From the NCBI GenBank assembly GCA_963776245.1, contig CAVZLN010000006.1, positions 576,001 to 640,000 on the forward strand: DNA of 64,000 nucleotides. The letters run 5' to 3'. Positions 50,087 through 59,604 of this stretch are shown one piece after another (positions within the stretch are counted from its first letter, which is position 1; each line of letters opens with the position of its first letter). The position numbers and the translations under genes were made by a program. Under the pieces are notes generated by a model. That model was not told the origin of the DNA, made no database searches, and saw nothing but the letters and a program-made list of their open reading frames with translations. This DNA comes from Candidatus Eiseniibacteriota bacterium (GTDB lineage: Bacteria; Eisenbacteria; RBG-16-71-46).

Positions 50087-52060
50087 TTACCGCAGGAGCA
50101 TCACGCGGCGAGTCTGCCGGATTCCCGCGGCATCCAACCTGGCCAGGTACAGCCCGGCCGGTGCGCTCGCCCCCGCCTCGTCGCGCCCGTCCCACACCAC
50201 GCGCCGTGCCCCCGCCGAGACGTCGCCGTTCACGAGTTGGCGCACCCGGCGTCCGGCCAGGTCGAAGATCGTCAGGTTCGCCGGCCCACTCCTCGCCAGC
50301 GCCAGATCCATCGTGGTGGCACCTGTGAACGGGTTCGGGAACGCGGTGCCCAGCCGAGCGCGCTCGGGAAACGAGGGATCGCCAGCAGCCGACAGGGCGC
50401 TGAGCGGCAGGCCGAACGCGATCACGTGACCGTCACGGGTGCCCACATAGAGACGGTTTCCGGAGACACCGGGAGGATCGAATTTCGATCCCGTGCCCAC
50501 CGGCGCGCTGAAACGCAGGTTGAGAACGCCATTCACCGGCACGGGGTCATAGGCGCGCAGTTGCGCTCCCACGCCCGAGGCGTCTGGGTTCCAGACGATC
50601 CAGATCAGGGCCGAGCCGCTCTGGGTGCCCGAACTGGTCACGATCGGCGCGCTGGAGGCGAAGCCGAACGAATCGGCCGCGGCGCCCGCGAGCGTGAGCG
50701 TGGGCCTTCCCGAGCCATCCACCCCGGCTTGGTAGGCGTGCAGGAAGCCGGACGTGGCATCCGGAGAGATGAGCCTGTCGGCGGTTGGCACGTATACCCA
50801 GCCGCCGTCACCGCCCCACACCGCCGGCTTGGACCACACGCCGCCATCGAAACCGGTCTCCTGGACCAGACTGTCGGTGCCGTCGGCGGCCTGCTGGCAT
50901 CCGCCGAGCGAGTTGCCGTCGAGCAGAAAGACGATGCCAGGCTTGCCGACCTGAACGTAGAGATTGGGGTAGGCGACGGAGCCGAAGTACGGGTACGGCA
51001 GCCCGACCAGGCCTCCGGAGCCGAGATCCGCGTCGATGGGATCGTAGACCGCCAGCGAGTTCCATGGAGTGAAGAAGTCGACGGGCTGCAGCGAACCGTT
51101 GGGCTGGACGCTCAGCCGCACGATCGACTCGCTGAGCTCAGCGGGCGGGGAAGTGCCCGGAATGGGAGAGTCGGGCGTGCCGCCGCCCATCCCGTTTCCC
51201 GTGGCGAGCAGGATCTGCCCCGGACCGTCCGAAGCGAGTGCCGAGCCGGACATCCAGATGCCGCCGCCCGACGCGCTGCCTCCTCGATCGACCCACCGGG
51301 CGGTGATGCTGCCCGCGGTGGACACGCCGATCACCCAGCCCTGGAACGGCAGCACGTCGCAGACCGACCCGAACGCGGCATAGACCACGCCGTTCAGAAG
51401 CAGCAGGCCGGGACGCTGGTTTTGCGTCTTCGCTTTGAACGTCTGCCCGGCCTGGTTGTCCGCGGTTCCCTGGATCGTCACCGGGAACCCCGGTTGCTCC
51501 GTGCCGGTGGCGACGGCGATGGCGTGCATCTCCCAAGACACGGTGCCTGAGGAACCCGACCGGTACGCCTTGGCCGTGAAGTACGCGATGCCGGTGGCGT
51601 CGTCGATCACCGGGGTCGACGTGATGCCGACGACGGGAACGATGTCTGTGCATCCGGCGATGTCACTCGCCTTCCAGGCCGTGCCCACATTGCGTGACCA
51701 CTGGATCGCGCCGGTGACAGGGTCGATGCCGTAGATCCAGTTCGACTGCGTGACGACCAGCAGCGTGCCGCCGAAGACGAGCGGCTGCGCGTAGACCTGG
51801 CCGGTCACGGTCGTCGAGAACAACTGGCCGAAGGTGCTGTCTGCAACCGTCTGCGGCGTGATGCCGGGCTGGTCGCGATACCAGCCCGTGCGCAGCAGGT
51901 CGGCATCCCGTCCGACCTGTTCGGCGTGGGCCGTGCCCACGAGGATGATCGCAAGCAGGAAGACGACGAGGCCCGGACCGGGACCTTTCCGCGGAGCGAT
52001 GGTTCTCGTTGCGTTCACGCGGCCGCGGAAGCGGCAGCCTGGCTCGGGGCTCGTCGGCAT
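50087..52060 (-). CDS. Secreted PQQ-like beta-propeller protein with C-terminal FlgD-Ig domain
   Basis: RTGWY, GQVYAQPL, GITSTPVID, QNQRPGLLL, GGIWMSG, DADLGSGG; C-terminal AFPNPF...WDGRD...AGLYLARL. True start probably downstream (e.g. GTG 52018). Confidence 0.8.
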   Translation of the reverse strand: MPTSPEPGCRFRGRVNATRTIAPRKGPGPGLVVFLLAIILVGTAHAEQVGRDADLLRTGWYRDQPGITPQTVADSTFGQLFSTTVTGQVYAQPLVFGGTLLVVTQSNWIYGIDPVTGAIQWSRNVGTAWKASDIAGCTDIVPVVGITSTPVIDDATGIAYFTAKAYRSGSSGTVSWEMHAIAVATGTEQPGFPVTIQGTADNQAGQTFKAKTQNQRPGLLLLNGVVYAAFGSVCDVLPFQGWVIGVSTAGSITARWVDRGGSASGGGIWMSGSALASDGPGQILLATGNGMGGGTPDSPIPGTSPPAELSESIVRLSVQPNGSLQPVDFFTPWNSLAVYDPIDADLGSGGLVGLPYPYFGSVAYPNLYVQVGKPGIVFLLDGNSLGGCQQAADGTDSLVQETGFDGGVWSKPAVWGGDGGWVYVPTADRLISPDATSGFLHAYQAGVDGSGRPTLTLAGAAADSFGFASSAPIVTSSGTQSGSALIWIVWNPDASGVGAQLRAYDPVPVNGVLNLRFSAPVGTGSKFDPPGVSGNRLYVGTRDGHVIAFGLPLSALSAAGDPSFPERARLGTAFPNPFTGATTMDLALARSGPANLTIFDLAGRRVRQLVNGDVSAGARRVVWDGRDEAGASAPAGLYLARLDAAGIRQTRRVMLLR

Positions 52061-52179
52061 GCTGGAACCTCATGCTGGATGGGTGCGAAGAGCATACGTG
52101 CGCGGTGAGTCCGTCAGGAAGCAGAATCATCGTGGCCCGTCCCGCCACCGTCCCGCTGCTCCATGTCCACCCGCGCCCA

Positions 52180-52944
52180 TCAACGCACGTGCACGATGCT
52201 CGTCGTGCGCGAGCCCTCCGCGGCCTCGAGACGCGCGAAGTACATGCCGTCCGCCACCGGCTTCCCGTGATCGTCGAGCCCGTCCCATGCGAGCTTGTGG
52301 TGGCCCGCCTCCAGCGTGCTGCGCTGCAATGTGCGAATGCGCCGGCCCTCGACGCTGAAGACGGCGAGCACCACCGGCTGGCGTTTCACGAGATCGAAGC
52401 TGAGCTCCACGTCCCTCGTCGCCGGATTCGGGGCGGCGCGCATTCCCAGCCTGGTCGTCTCGGGCGTCGGGTTCACGGAACTCGTCGCGTTGGGAACGAG
52501 GTAGCCGGACCAGCAGATGGTCGATGCCGGGTACGCGGGCCCCGCGATGCCGAAGCGCAGGACCTCGTTCGGGGGGAAGACGATCCCCGTCGTCCAGTTC
52601 GCGTGCACGGGCCAATTGTGGTTGCCGTTGGCGTCCCAGAGCCCGCCGGTCACCCAGCGCACGTTGTTGTCCAGGTTCCAGTCGCGGATCCACATCGACA
52701 CCGCCCACGTGGCGGCCACCGGCGGAGCCGGGTAGCCCGAGGGGGAGAAGTTGAAGTCCGTGAGGACGAAGCTCGATCCCGTCGGAACGGTGTACAGCGT
52801 CGCCTCCAGCAATCCGCTGCCCGCGACGAAGTTGATGCAGCCGCTCTGCATGTTGACCGGGCTCACCTGCGCCCACGCGCTCGTCCCCGTGCCAACCAGG
52901 ACCAGAGTCCCCAACGCCAACCAGACCCGGATGTCTCGACCCAT
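52180..52944 (-). CDS. Secreted protein with C-terminal FlgD-Ig domain
   Basis: Signal peptide ending AWA-Q; LYTVPTG..FVLTD small beta domain; APNP...WDGLDD.G..VADGMYFARL. Confidence 0.8.
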   Translation of the reverse strand: MGRDIRVWLALGTLVLVGTGTSAWAQVSPVNMQSGCINFVAGSGLLEATLYTVPTGSSFVLTDFNFSPSGYPAPPVAATWAVSMWIRDWNLDNNVRWVTGGLWDANGNHNWPVHANWTTGIVFPPNEVLRFGIAGPAYPASTICWSGYLVPNATSSVNPTPETTRLGMRAAPNPATRDVELSFDLVKRQPVVLAVFSVEGRRIRTLQRSTLEAGHHKLAWDGLDDHGKPVADGMYFARLEAAEGSRTTSIVHVR

Positions 52945-53094
52945 GGAGTCCTCCGTCTTCCGCATCGTTCCCGCAGGTGGCCCGGCCGCTGCGTGTTCCA
53001 GGGTCGGGAATGGACCGCAGAGTATGTTAACGCTGGAGACGCCGGCGGCGGGAGATGATTCGATCGGAGATGCGCACGAACGGCTCGCGGGCAC

Positions 53095-54528
53095 TCACTC
53101 CGCCGGCGGCGGCCCCCCGGCAGGCGCGTCCTCCCTCCGGCGCGGACTCGCTGGCCGGTCCACGCCGACGCTTCGCCCGGCCACAGTTCCCGAGCTCCAC
53201 GCCCACTGGAAGTTGAATCCCCCCAGCCGGCCCTCGACGTCGAGCACCTCCCCGCACAGAAACAGCCCCGGCGCGACTCTCGACTCGAGCGTGGACGCGT
53301 CCACCTCGTTCAGCGGCACTCCCCCGGCGGTGACTTCGGCCTTCTCGTAGCCGAGCGTGCCGGTCACCCGCATGGGCCGGGCGACCACGCGTCCGATGAG
53401 CGCGTCGCGGTGTGCGCGGTCCACCTGGCCGAGCATCGTTGCCGGGTCCACTCCGGCCTCGACGCACAGCCGCTCGGCGAGCCGCTCGGGCAGACGGTGC
53501 GCGAGGAAGCGCTTCGTCCCGGTCTGCGGCATCTCGTTCGCCAGTCGCTTCCAGAACGCGAGCAGCGATTCGCGGGTCTCCCCGGGCATGAAGTTGGCGC
53601 TCACCGCGCGCGGTCCCTCCGAGCGCATCCAGTGTCTCGACAGGTCGAGCGCCGCGGGGCCGGAGTAGCCGAAGTGCGCGATCAGCAGCGAGCCGGCGGC
53701 GTTCGCGACGCGCGCGCGCTCCACGTGCAGCGTGAGCTCGGCCTCGCACGTGAGTCCCTGCGCCGCATCGCACAGCTCGTCGTCCGCGGTGAGCGGCGTG
53801 AGCGCGGGCACCGGCGGCACCAGCGAGTGCCCGAGTGCCACCGCGAGAGCGTAGCCGGTGCCGTCGCTGCCGGTGCGCGGGAACGACAGCCCGCCGCTCG
53901 CCAGCACCACGGATTCGGCCTCCAACCACTCCCCCGGCGTGACCGCGGGCAGCGTCCGATGGGCTTCGTCGAGCGCGCGCACTTCCGCCGAGAACGCCGC
54001 GGCGTCGCGCACGCGCTGGATACCGAGGCGCCAGGTGCCAGGCGCCGGGCCGGAATCCGTGCCACCTTCGCCCGCGGTGCCCTTCGCGCCGCGTCCACCG
54101 CCGCCCGCGCCCGACCCCCGCTCCAGCCGCACCACGCGGGCGCCACGCTCGATCGATACGCCGGCGCGCTCGCAGCCGGCGACCAGGGCGTCGAGCACGG
54201 TGCGCGCCTCGTCGGTCACCGGGAAGTACTTGCCGGTGTCCTCGAGTTTGAGTCCCACCCCCAGCGATCCGAACCACTCGATGGTCTCGGGCACGGTGAA
54301 GGCGCGCAGGATGCGGGCGACCACGCGGCGCGAGCCACCGTGGTAATCGCGCTCGGTGACCACCTGGTGGGTGACATTGCAGCGCGTCCCGCCCGACATC
54401 AGGATCTTGAGCCCGAGGCTGGGATGGGCGTTGAACAGCGTCACGCGCGCCCCGCCCTCGGCGGCACGCAGCGCGGCGGTGAGGCCGGCGGCTCCGGCCC
54501 CCACGACGGCGACTCGACGGATGGACAT
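53095..54528 (-). CDS. HI0933/BaiN/YhiN family flavoprotein
   Basis: VVGAGAAGL, KILMSGGTRCNVT, GKYFP, LASGGLSFPRTGSDG.GY, HFGYSGP, AEVTAGGV, GEVLDVEG.LGGFNFQWAWSSG. Confidence 0.93.
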   Translation of the reverse strand: MSIRRVAVVGAGAAGLTAALRAAEGGARVTLFNAHPSLGLKILMSGGTRCNVTHQVVTERDYHGGSRRVVARILRAFTVPETIEWFGSLGVGLKLEDTGKYFPVTDEARTVLDALVAGCERAGVSIERGARVVRLERGSGAGGGGRGAKGTAGEGGTDSGPAPGTWRLGIQRVRDAAAFSAEVRALDEAHRTLPAVTPGEWLEAESVVLASGGLSFPRTGSDGTGYALAVALGHSLVPPVPALTPLTADDELCDAAQGLTCEAELTLHVERARVANAAGSLLIAHFGYSGPAALDLSRHWMRSEGPRAVSANFMPGETRESLLAFWKRLANEMPQTGTKRFLAHRLPERLAERLCVEAGVDPATMLGQVDRAHRDALIGRVVARPMRVTGTLGYEKAEVTAGGVPLNEVDASTLESRVAPGLFLCGEVLDVEGRLGGFNFQWAWSSGTVAGRSVGVDRPASPRRREDAPAGGPPPAE

Positions 54529-54766
54529 GGTGGCGAAGGCTAGTGCAATGCCGGGCCCCCGGCCAGCGGCGCGCGACCCGCGCAATGTCAGAGCGACAGG
54601 GGCTCCCGTCGCGACCCGCGGGGGAGCACCCTTCCGTCCCGGCCAGCATCGAATCCCCCAGCGGCGGGCGCCCAGGTCATGCGGGATCCGCGCGGGACGC
54701 GCCCGCTACTCCCGCGCCGACCTCGGCGCTCACCACCGGCTCCCGAGCCCGTCATCCGGAGGCAAC

Positions 54767-55672
54767 GTGTCGATCCGAGCAGTCCGACGCATCATCGAAG
54801 CGCGGCCCACCGTGGAAGGCGCAGGCGTGAAGCTGCGCCGCGCGTTCGGCTTCGGTGACACGAACGAGACCGATCCGTTCCTGCTGTTCGACGACTTCCG
54901 CAACGAGCGCCCCGCCGACTACCTCGCCGGCTTCCCGTGGCACCCGCACCGCGGCATCGAGACCATCACCTACGTGCTCTCGGGCACCGTCACTCACGCC
55001 GACAGTCTCGGCAATCAGGGCGCGCTGGGCTCCGGGGACGTCCAGTGGATGACGGCGGGCCGCGGGATCATGCACCAGGAGATGCCACAGGGGGACGCGC
55101 AGGGGCGGATGCACGGCTTCCAGCTGTGGGCGAACCTCCCCTCCTCGCTCAAGATGACCACGCCGCGCTATCAGGACGTGCTGTCGCGGGACATCCCCGA
55201 GACGGTGGACGACGACGGCACCCGGGTGCGGGTGGTGTGCGGCGACTTCTGGGGCAAGCGCGGCCCGGTGGACGGCATCGCGGCCGAGCCCAGTTACCTC
55301 GACGTGTGGGTGCCGCCGGGCCGTCGCAAGACGCTCCCGGTGGAGACCTATCGCAACGCGTTCGCGTATGTGTTCGAAGGCAGCGGCGACTTCCGCCATG
55401 CCTCCCCGCCGCTCGGCGTGCTCACCGACCAGCCCGGTCCGGTCGAGCGCGTGGTGCGCGAGTCTGCGGGCGATCGGTCGCTGGTGCTGTTCGACTCCGG
55501 CGACGAAGTGACCGTGCAGGCGGGCGAGCACGGTATCCGGTTCCTGCTCGTGTCGGGCCGGCCGATCCAGGAGCCCGTGGCCTGGTACGGCCCGATCGTG
55601 ATGAACACCAAGGAGCAGCTCCGGCAGGCCCTCAGCGAGCTGCAGGCGGGGACCTTCATCGAGCGGGCCTGA
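54767..55672 (+). CDS. Pirin family protein
   Basis: DPFLLFD, GFPWHPHRGIETITY, VQWMTAGRGIMHQE, FQLWANLP, GPIVMNT. Confidence 0.95.
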   Translation: MSIRAVRRIIEARPTVEGAGVKLRRAFGFGDTNETDPFLLFDDFRNERPADYLAGFPWHPHRGIETITYVLSGTVTHADSLGNQGALGSGDVQWMTAGRGIMHQEMPQGDAQGRMHGFQLWANLPSSLKMTTPRYQDVLSRDIPETVDDDGTRVRVVCGDFWGKRGPVDGIAAEPSYLDVWVPPGRRKTLPVETYRNAFAYVFEGSGDFRHASPPLGVLTDQPGPVERVVRESAGDRSLVLFDSGDEVTVQAGEHGIRFLLVSGRPIQEPVAWYGPIVMNTKEQLRQALSELQAGTFIERA

Positions 55673-55941
55673 GCGGGTCCCGGCCCCCCCCCCGGCCCCC
55701 GGCGTGTAAAGCGCACGATTTCGCGCTCAACTGGGCGTTCCCACCCGCCGATGACCTCCCTCGGCAGGCATCTGGTTCCCGGCTTTCGGCCCCTCAAGCC
55801 TGAGATCTGGGTGACCATCCGCATCGTATCCGAGCAGCTGTGACATCGCGGTGCCTCGCCAGGAGGGCGGCCGGTCGCACGCGTTCGCGTGCGCCGTGCA
55901 GCCGAGCATCCGTTCTGCGGATCAACCAGGGAGGTTCCACG

Positions 55942-56448
55942 ATGGACCGCTCGTTCCCCCGCTGGCTCGCGCCGGCGACGCTCGCACTGGCGCTGTTCGC
56001 GCCGGCGACGGCTCATGCCGGCAGCGACGTCACGGTGACGCTGGCTGCCCAGCGCGTGTCCGTGACCCACGGCAAGGAGACGTTCTCGCCGGCGGCGCAG
56101 GTCAAGCCCGGCGATCTCGTCGAGTACCGCGCGACCTACACCAACGCGGGTGACCAGCCGGCGCGCCAGTTGCTGGCGACGCTGCCGGTCCCGGCCGGCA
56201 TGGAGTTCATCGGTCGCACCGCGGCCCCCGCCAAGCTCGAGGCCAGCCTCGACGGCCGCACGTTTGCGGCGGTCCCGCTCACCCGGCGCGTGCTGCAGGC
56301 CGACGGGCGCGAGATCGTGCGTCCGGTGCCGGCGGCCGAATACCGCTGGCTGCGCTGGACGCTGGGGACCCTGGGCTCGAAGGCGGCCCGCACGGTGAGC
56401 GCGCGCATGCGCGTCCAGTCCGTGCCGATGGCCGCAGCGACGCGTTGA
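55942..56448 (+). CDS. Small secreted DUF11-like single-domain protein
   Basis: GGAGG RBS; signal peptide ending AHA; VKPGDLVEYRATYTNAG...LPVPAGMEFI...LRWTLGTL....RTVSARMRV. Confidence 0.8.
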   Translation: MDRSFPRWLAPATLALALFAPATAHAGSDVTVTLAAQRVSVTHGKETFSPAAQVKPGDLVEYRATYTNAGDQPARQLLATLPVPAGMEFIGRTAAPAKLEASLDGRTFAAVPLTRRVLQADGREIVRPVPAAEYRWLRWTLGTLGSKAARTVSARMRVQSVPMAAATR

Positions 56449-56609
56449 TCCGCTGATCCACGGCTGATCTCCGCGTCGCGGCCACGCTGGGAGTGTGCCA
56501 CGCCGTCCGGCGCCCGGGGTACCGCCCCGCGCACCCACGGCCCTCCCTCGCGCGACCCGCCCGCGGTCCGGCCTTCCCGTCTTCGTCACACCCCACCTAC
56601 GGAGTGCAT

Positions 56610-59211
56610 ATGAACGCCATCTTGTCCCTCTCGAACCTCCGCCGGATCGCGGCCGCGGGCCTGCTGCTCGCGACCGTGGCGATCGGGCTCGCGGTCCCGG
56701 CCGCGCACGCCGCGCCGCCCGCCGGCACGCCGATCGGCAACCAGGCCACCGCCACGTACCTGGACGCCACGTCCACGTTGCGGTCGGTGTCCTCGAACTT
56801 CGTGACCACCTACGTGCAGCAGGTGGCGAGCTTCACGCTGGTGAGCAGCCAGACGCTCCCGGCCGCTCCCGGCACGCAGGTCGTCTTCCCGCACGTCATC
56901 ACCAACACCGGCAACGGCGGCGATTCGCTCACGCTGGTGCTCGGCAACCTGGTGGGTGACGACTTCGACCTCTCGGGGCTGGCGATGTACGTGGACGCCG
57001 ACGGCAACGGCGTGCCCGACAACGGCACGGCGATCACCAACACCGGCGTGATCCCGGCCGGCGGGACCTACCGCTTCGTGGTGGTCGGGAACGTGCCCGG
57101 GATCCAGGTCGGCGGCCAGTTCGCGCAGCTGCGGATCACCGCCACCAGCACCTTCGACGCGCTCCAGACGGCGTTCAACACCGACCGTGTGAACGTCACC
57201 GGCAACGCCGTGATCGCGATGGCCAAGAGCATCAATCAGCCCAACGGCGCGTCGCCCTCGGGCCCGTGGCGCTACACCATCCAGTACCAGAACAACGGCA
57301 ACAGCGCGGCCACCGACGTGCGCCTCACCGATGGGGTGCCGGTCGGCATGACCTACGTCGCTGGCTCGGCGCGCTGGAGCGTGACGGGCGCGACCGCGCT
57401 CACCGACGCCGACTCCACCGACTGGCAGGTGGCCTCGGGTGACTCGGTGCGCTTCATCTACGACGGCCCCTCGCGCACGCTGACCGCGGTGTTCCGCCGC
57501 GTGCGGCCGGGCAACGCCGCGTCGCTCACCTTCGACGTCACGGTCAACTCCGGCCTGGCGCCGCAGACGCTCGACAACGCGGCGCGCTTCGCGTACTTCG
57601 ACGGCGCCGCCGCCGCCGGTCCGTTCTACACCAACGTCGCGCCGTTCGTGGTCGACCAGGCCGTCTCGCTGACGTTTGCCGGGCAGACGGTGCCCGCGGC
57701 GCTGCAGGGCGCGACGGTGACGTTCTCGAACGTGCTCACCAACACCGGCAATGGCACCGACACGTTCGACATCACGTGGGCGGCCAGCTCGTTCCCGGCC
57801 GGCTCGGTGGTGACGCTCTACCAGAGCAACGGCGTCAACGTGCTCACCGACTCGAACCTCAACGGGATTCCCGACACCGGTCCGCTCGCGGCCGGCGCTT
57901 CGTACACCGTGGTGCTCAAGGTGCTGCTGCCCGCGAACGCCACCGGCGGTCCGTTCCAGGTGGTGAAGACCGCGACCAGCGCGTCCGATCCGACCGTCTC
58001 GGCGATCGCCACCGACATCCTGACGGCGATCACCGCCAACTCGGTCGACCTCACCAACAACGCGCCGCTGCCGGGAGGCCTCGGGGCCGGCGCCGGTCCG
58101 GAAGTGGCGTACGTGGTGCGCGACACCACCGCGCCGGGCGGCACGGTGCGCTTCACGCTGTACGTGAACAACACCAGCTCGCAGCCCGACCTCTACCACC
58201 TGACCACCAGCACCGATCCCACGTTCGCCTCGCTGTCGCTGCCGGCCGGCTGGACGGTGACCTTCCGCGACGGCGCGAACGCGCCGATCGTGGCGGCGGT
58301 CCCGGTCGCGGCCAATGGCTCGGTGGTGGTGTACGCCGACGTCGCGGTGCCCGCCGCCTTCACCGCGAGCAACACCGACCTCTACTTCCGCGCGCTCTCG
58401 CCCAATACCGGCGCGTCGGATCGCATCCACGACCAGCTGGGCGTGAACGCGCAACGCCGCCTCACGCTGGTGCCGAACAACAGCGCCCAGGTGATCCCGG
58501 GCGGCTTCTGGGTGTACACGCACTTCCTCTCGAACACCGGCAACGTGGTCGAGGGCGACGCCTCGGGCAGCGTGGTGACGCTGAACGCCACCAACGACCA
58601 GGCCGGCTGGAACGCGGCCGTCTACTGGGATCGCAACGGCAACGGGGCGTTCGACGCCGCCGACACGACGCTCTCGGACCTCTCGCCGATCGGCGGTCTC
58701 AACCCCGGCCAGACCGTGCGGCTGTTCGTGCGCGTGGCGGCACCGGTGGGCGCGCCGTTCGCCCAGGTGAACGTCACGACGCTCACCGCGGCCACCTCCG
58801 AACCTCGAGCTACACCGGCGCGCCGCCGTCGGCGAACGCCACCGATGTGACGACCATCATCAACGGCCAGCTCCTGCTCGAGAAGTGGCAGGCGCTCGAC
58901 GTCGCGTGTGACGGCTCGCCCGACGGCGCCTACGTGCAGACCGACCTCACCACCGGCGCGGTCCCGGGGGCGTGCATCCGGTACGAGATCCGGTCACCAA
59001 CACCGGCTCGACCGCGGTGACCAACGCGACGGTCACCGACGCGACGCCGGCGAACACGATGTACTCCGCCGCGATCCCGGCCTTCACGTCGCAGGGCACG
59101 GTCACCTCGGAGCCCGCCAACGGCGCCACCGGCAACGTGGTGGTGGACGTCGGCACGCTCGCCCCGGGTGCCACCGCCGTGGTCCGCTTCGGAGTCCGCA
59201 TCAACCCGTGA
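56610..59211 (+). CDS. Multi-domain secreted DUF11/Ig-like protein, putative fibre subunit (frameshifts near 58800 and 58991)
   Basis: GGAG RBS, signal peptide ending AHA, repeated xTNTGN Ig-like domains. Frame switches join ORFs 56493..58850, 57776..59020 and 58972..59211 into one protein ending VRFGVRINP. Confidence 0.8.
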
Positions 59212-59220
59212 CGCGTCCGC

Positions 59221-59249
59221 GCGGAGGCGGGGAGGGATCCCGCCTCCGC
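59221..59249 (+). terminator. Hairpin after the putative fibre subunit gene
   Basis: GCGGAGGCGGG-N7-CCCGCCTCCGC, 11-bp stem, 10 bp after the stop. Confidence 0.5.
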
Positions 59250-59604
59250 CAGCGCGGCGTGCGGAGGGGCGCGGGCGGTCCGCGTCCTCCCGTCGCCGCT
59301 CACAGCATGCCGGCTGTGCCGGCGCTCCCCCGTCCCGGGTGGGGGGCGCCGGCGACAGCGGGCGACGGACCTCAGGACCATGACCGAGGCCTTCCGCCAG
59401 CCGCGTCGGTTCGACGCGTCCGCGCGCCCCCGCGCGCGGCGGCAGGGACCCGGCGTGCCACGCTCGGACACCCGCCGGGCACCGGCCTCCGCGCTCGCGT
59501 TCCTCGCGGGCGCTCTCGGTACGCGCGCGGAGCGCACGCGCGCCGCGCGTTCCCGGGTACACGCGTACGCGCGCGATGGGTTCGCGCGCGTGGCGGCGCT
59601 CGCG

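Noticed and set aside
55727..55754. sigma28-like TCAA-N16-GCCGATGA upstream of the DUF11 locus
   Set aside because: Spacing is marginal, GCCGAT is common in GC-rich DNA, and there is no supporting flagellar context in the window.
55673..55941. Possible c-di-GMP or other riboswitch before the DUF11 locus
   Set aside because: No recognisable conserved aptamer motifs by eye; an Rfam scan would be needed.
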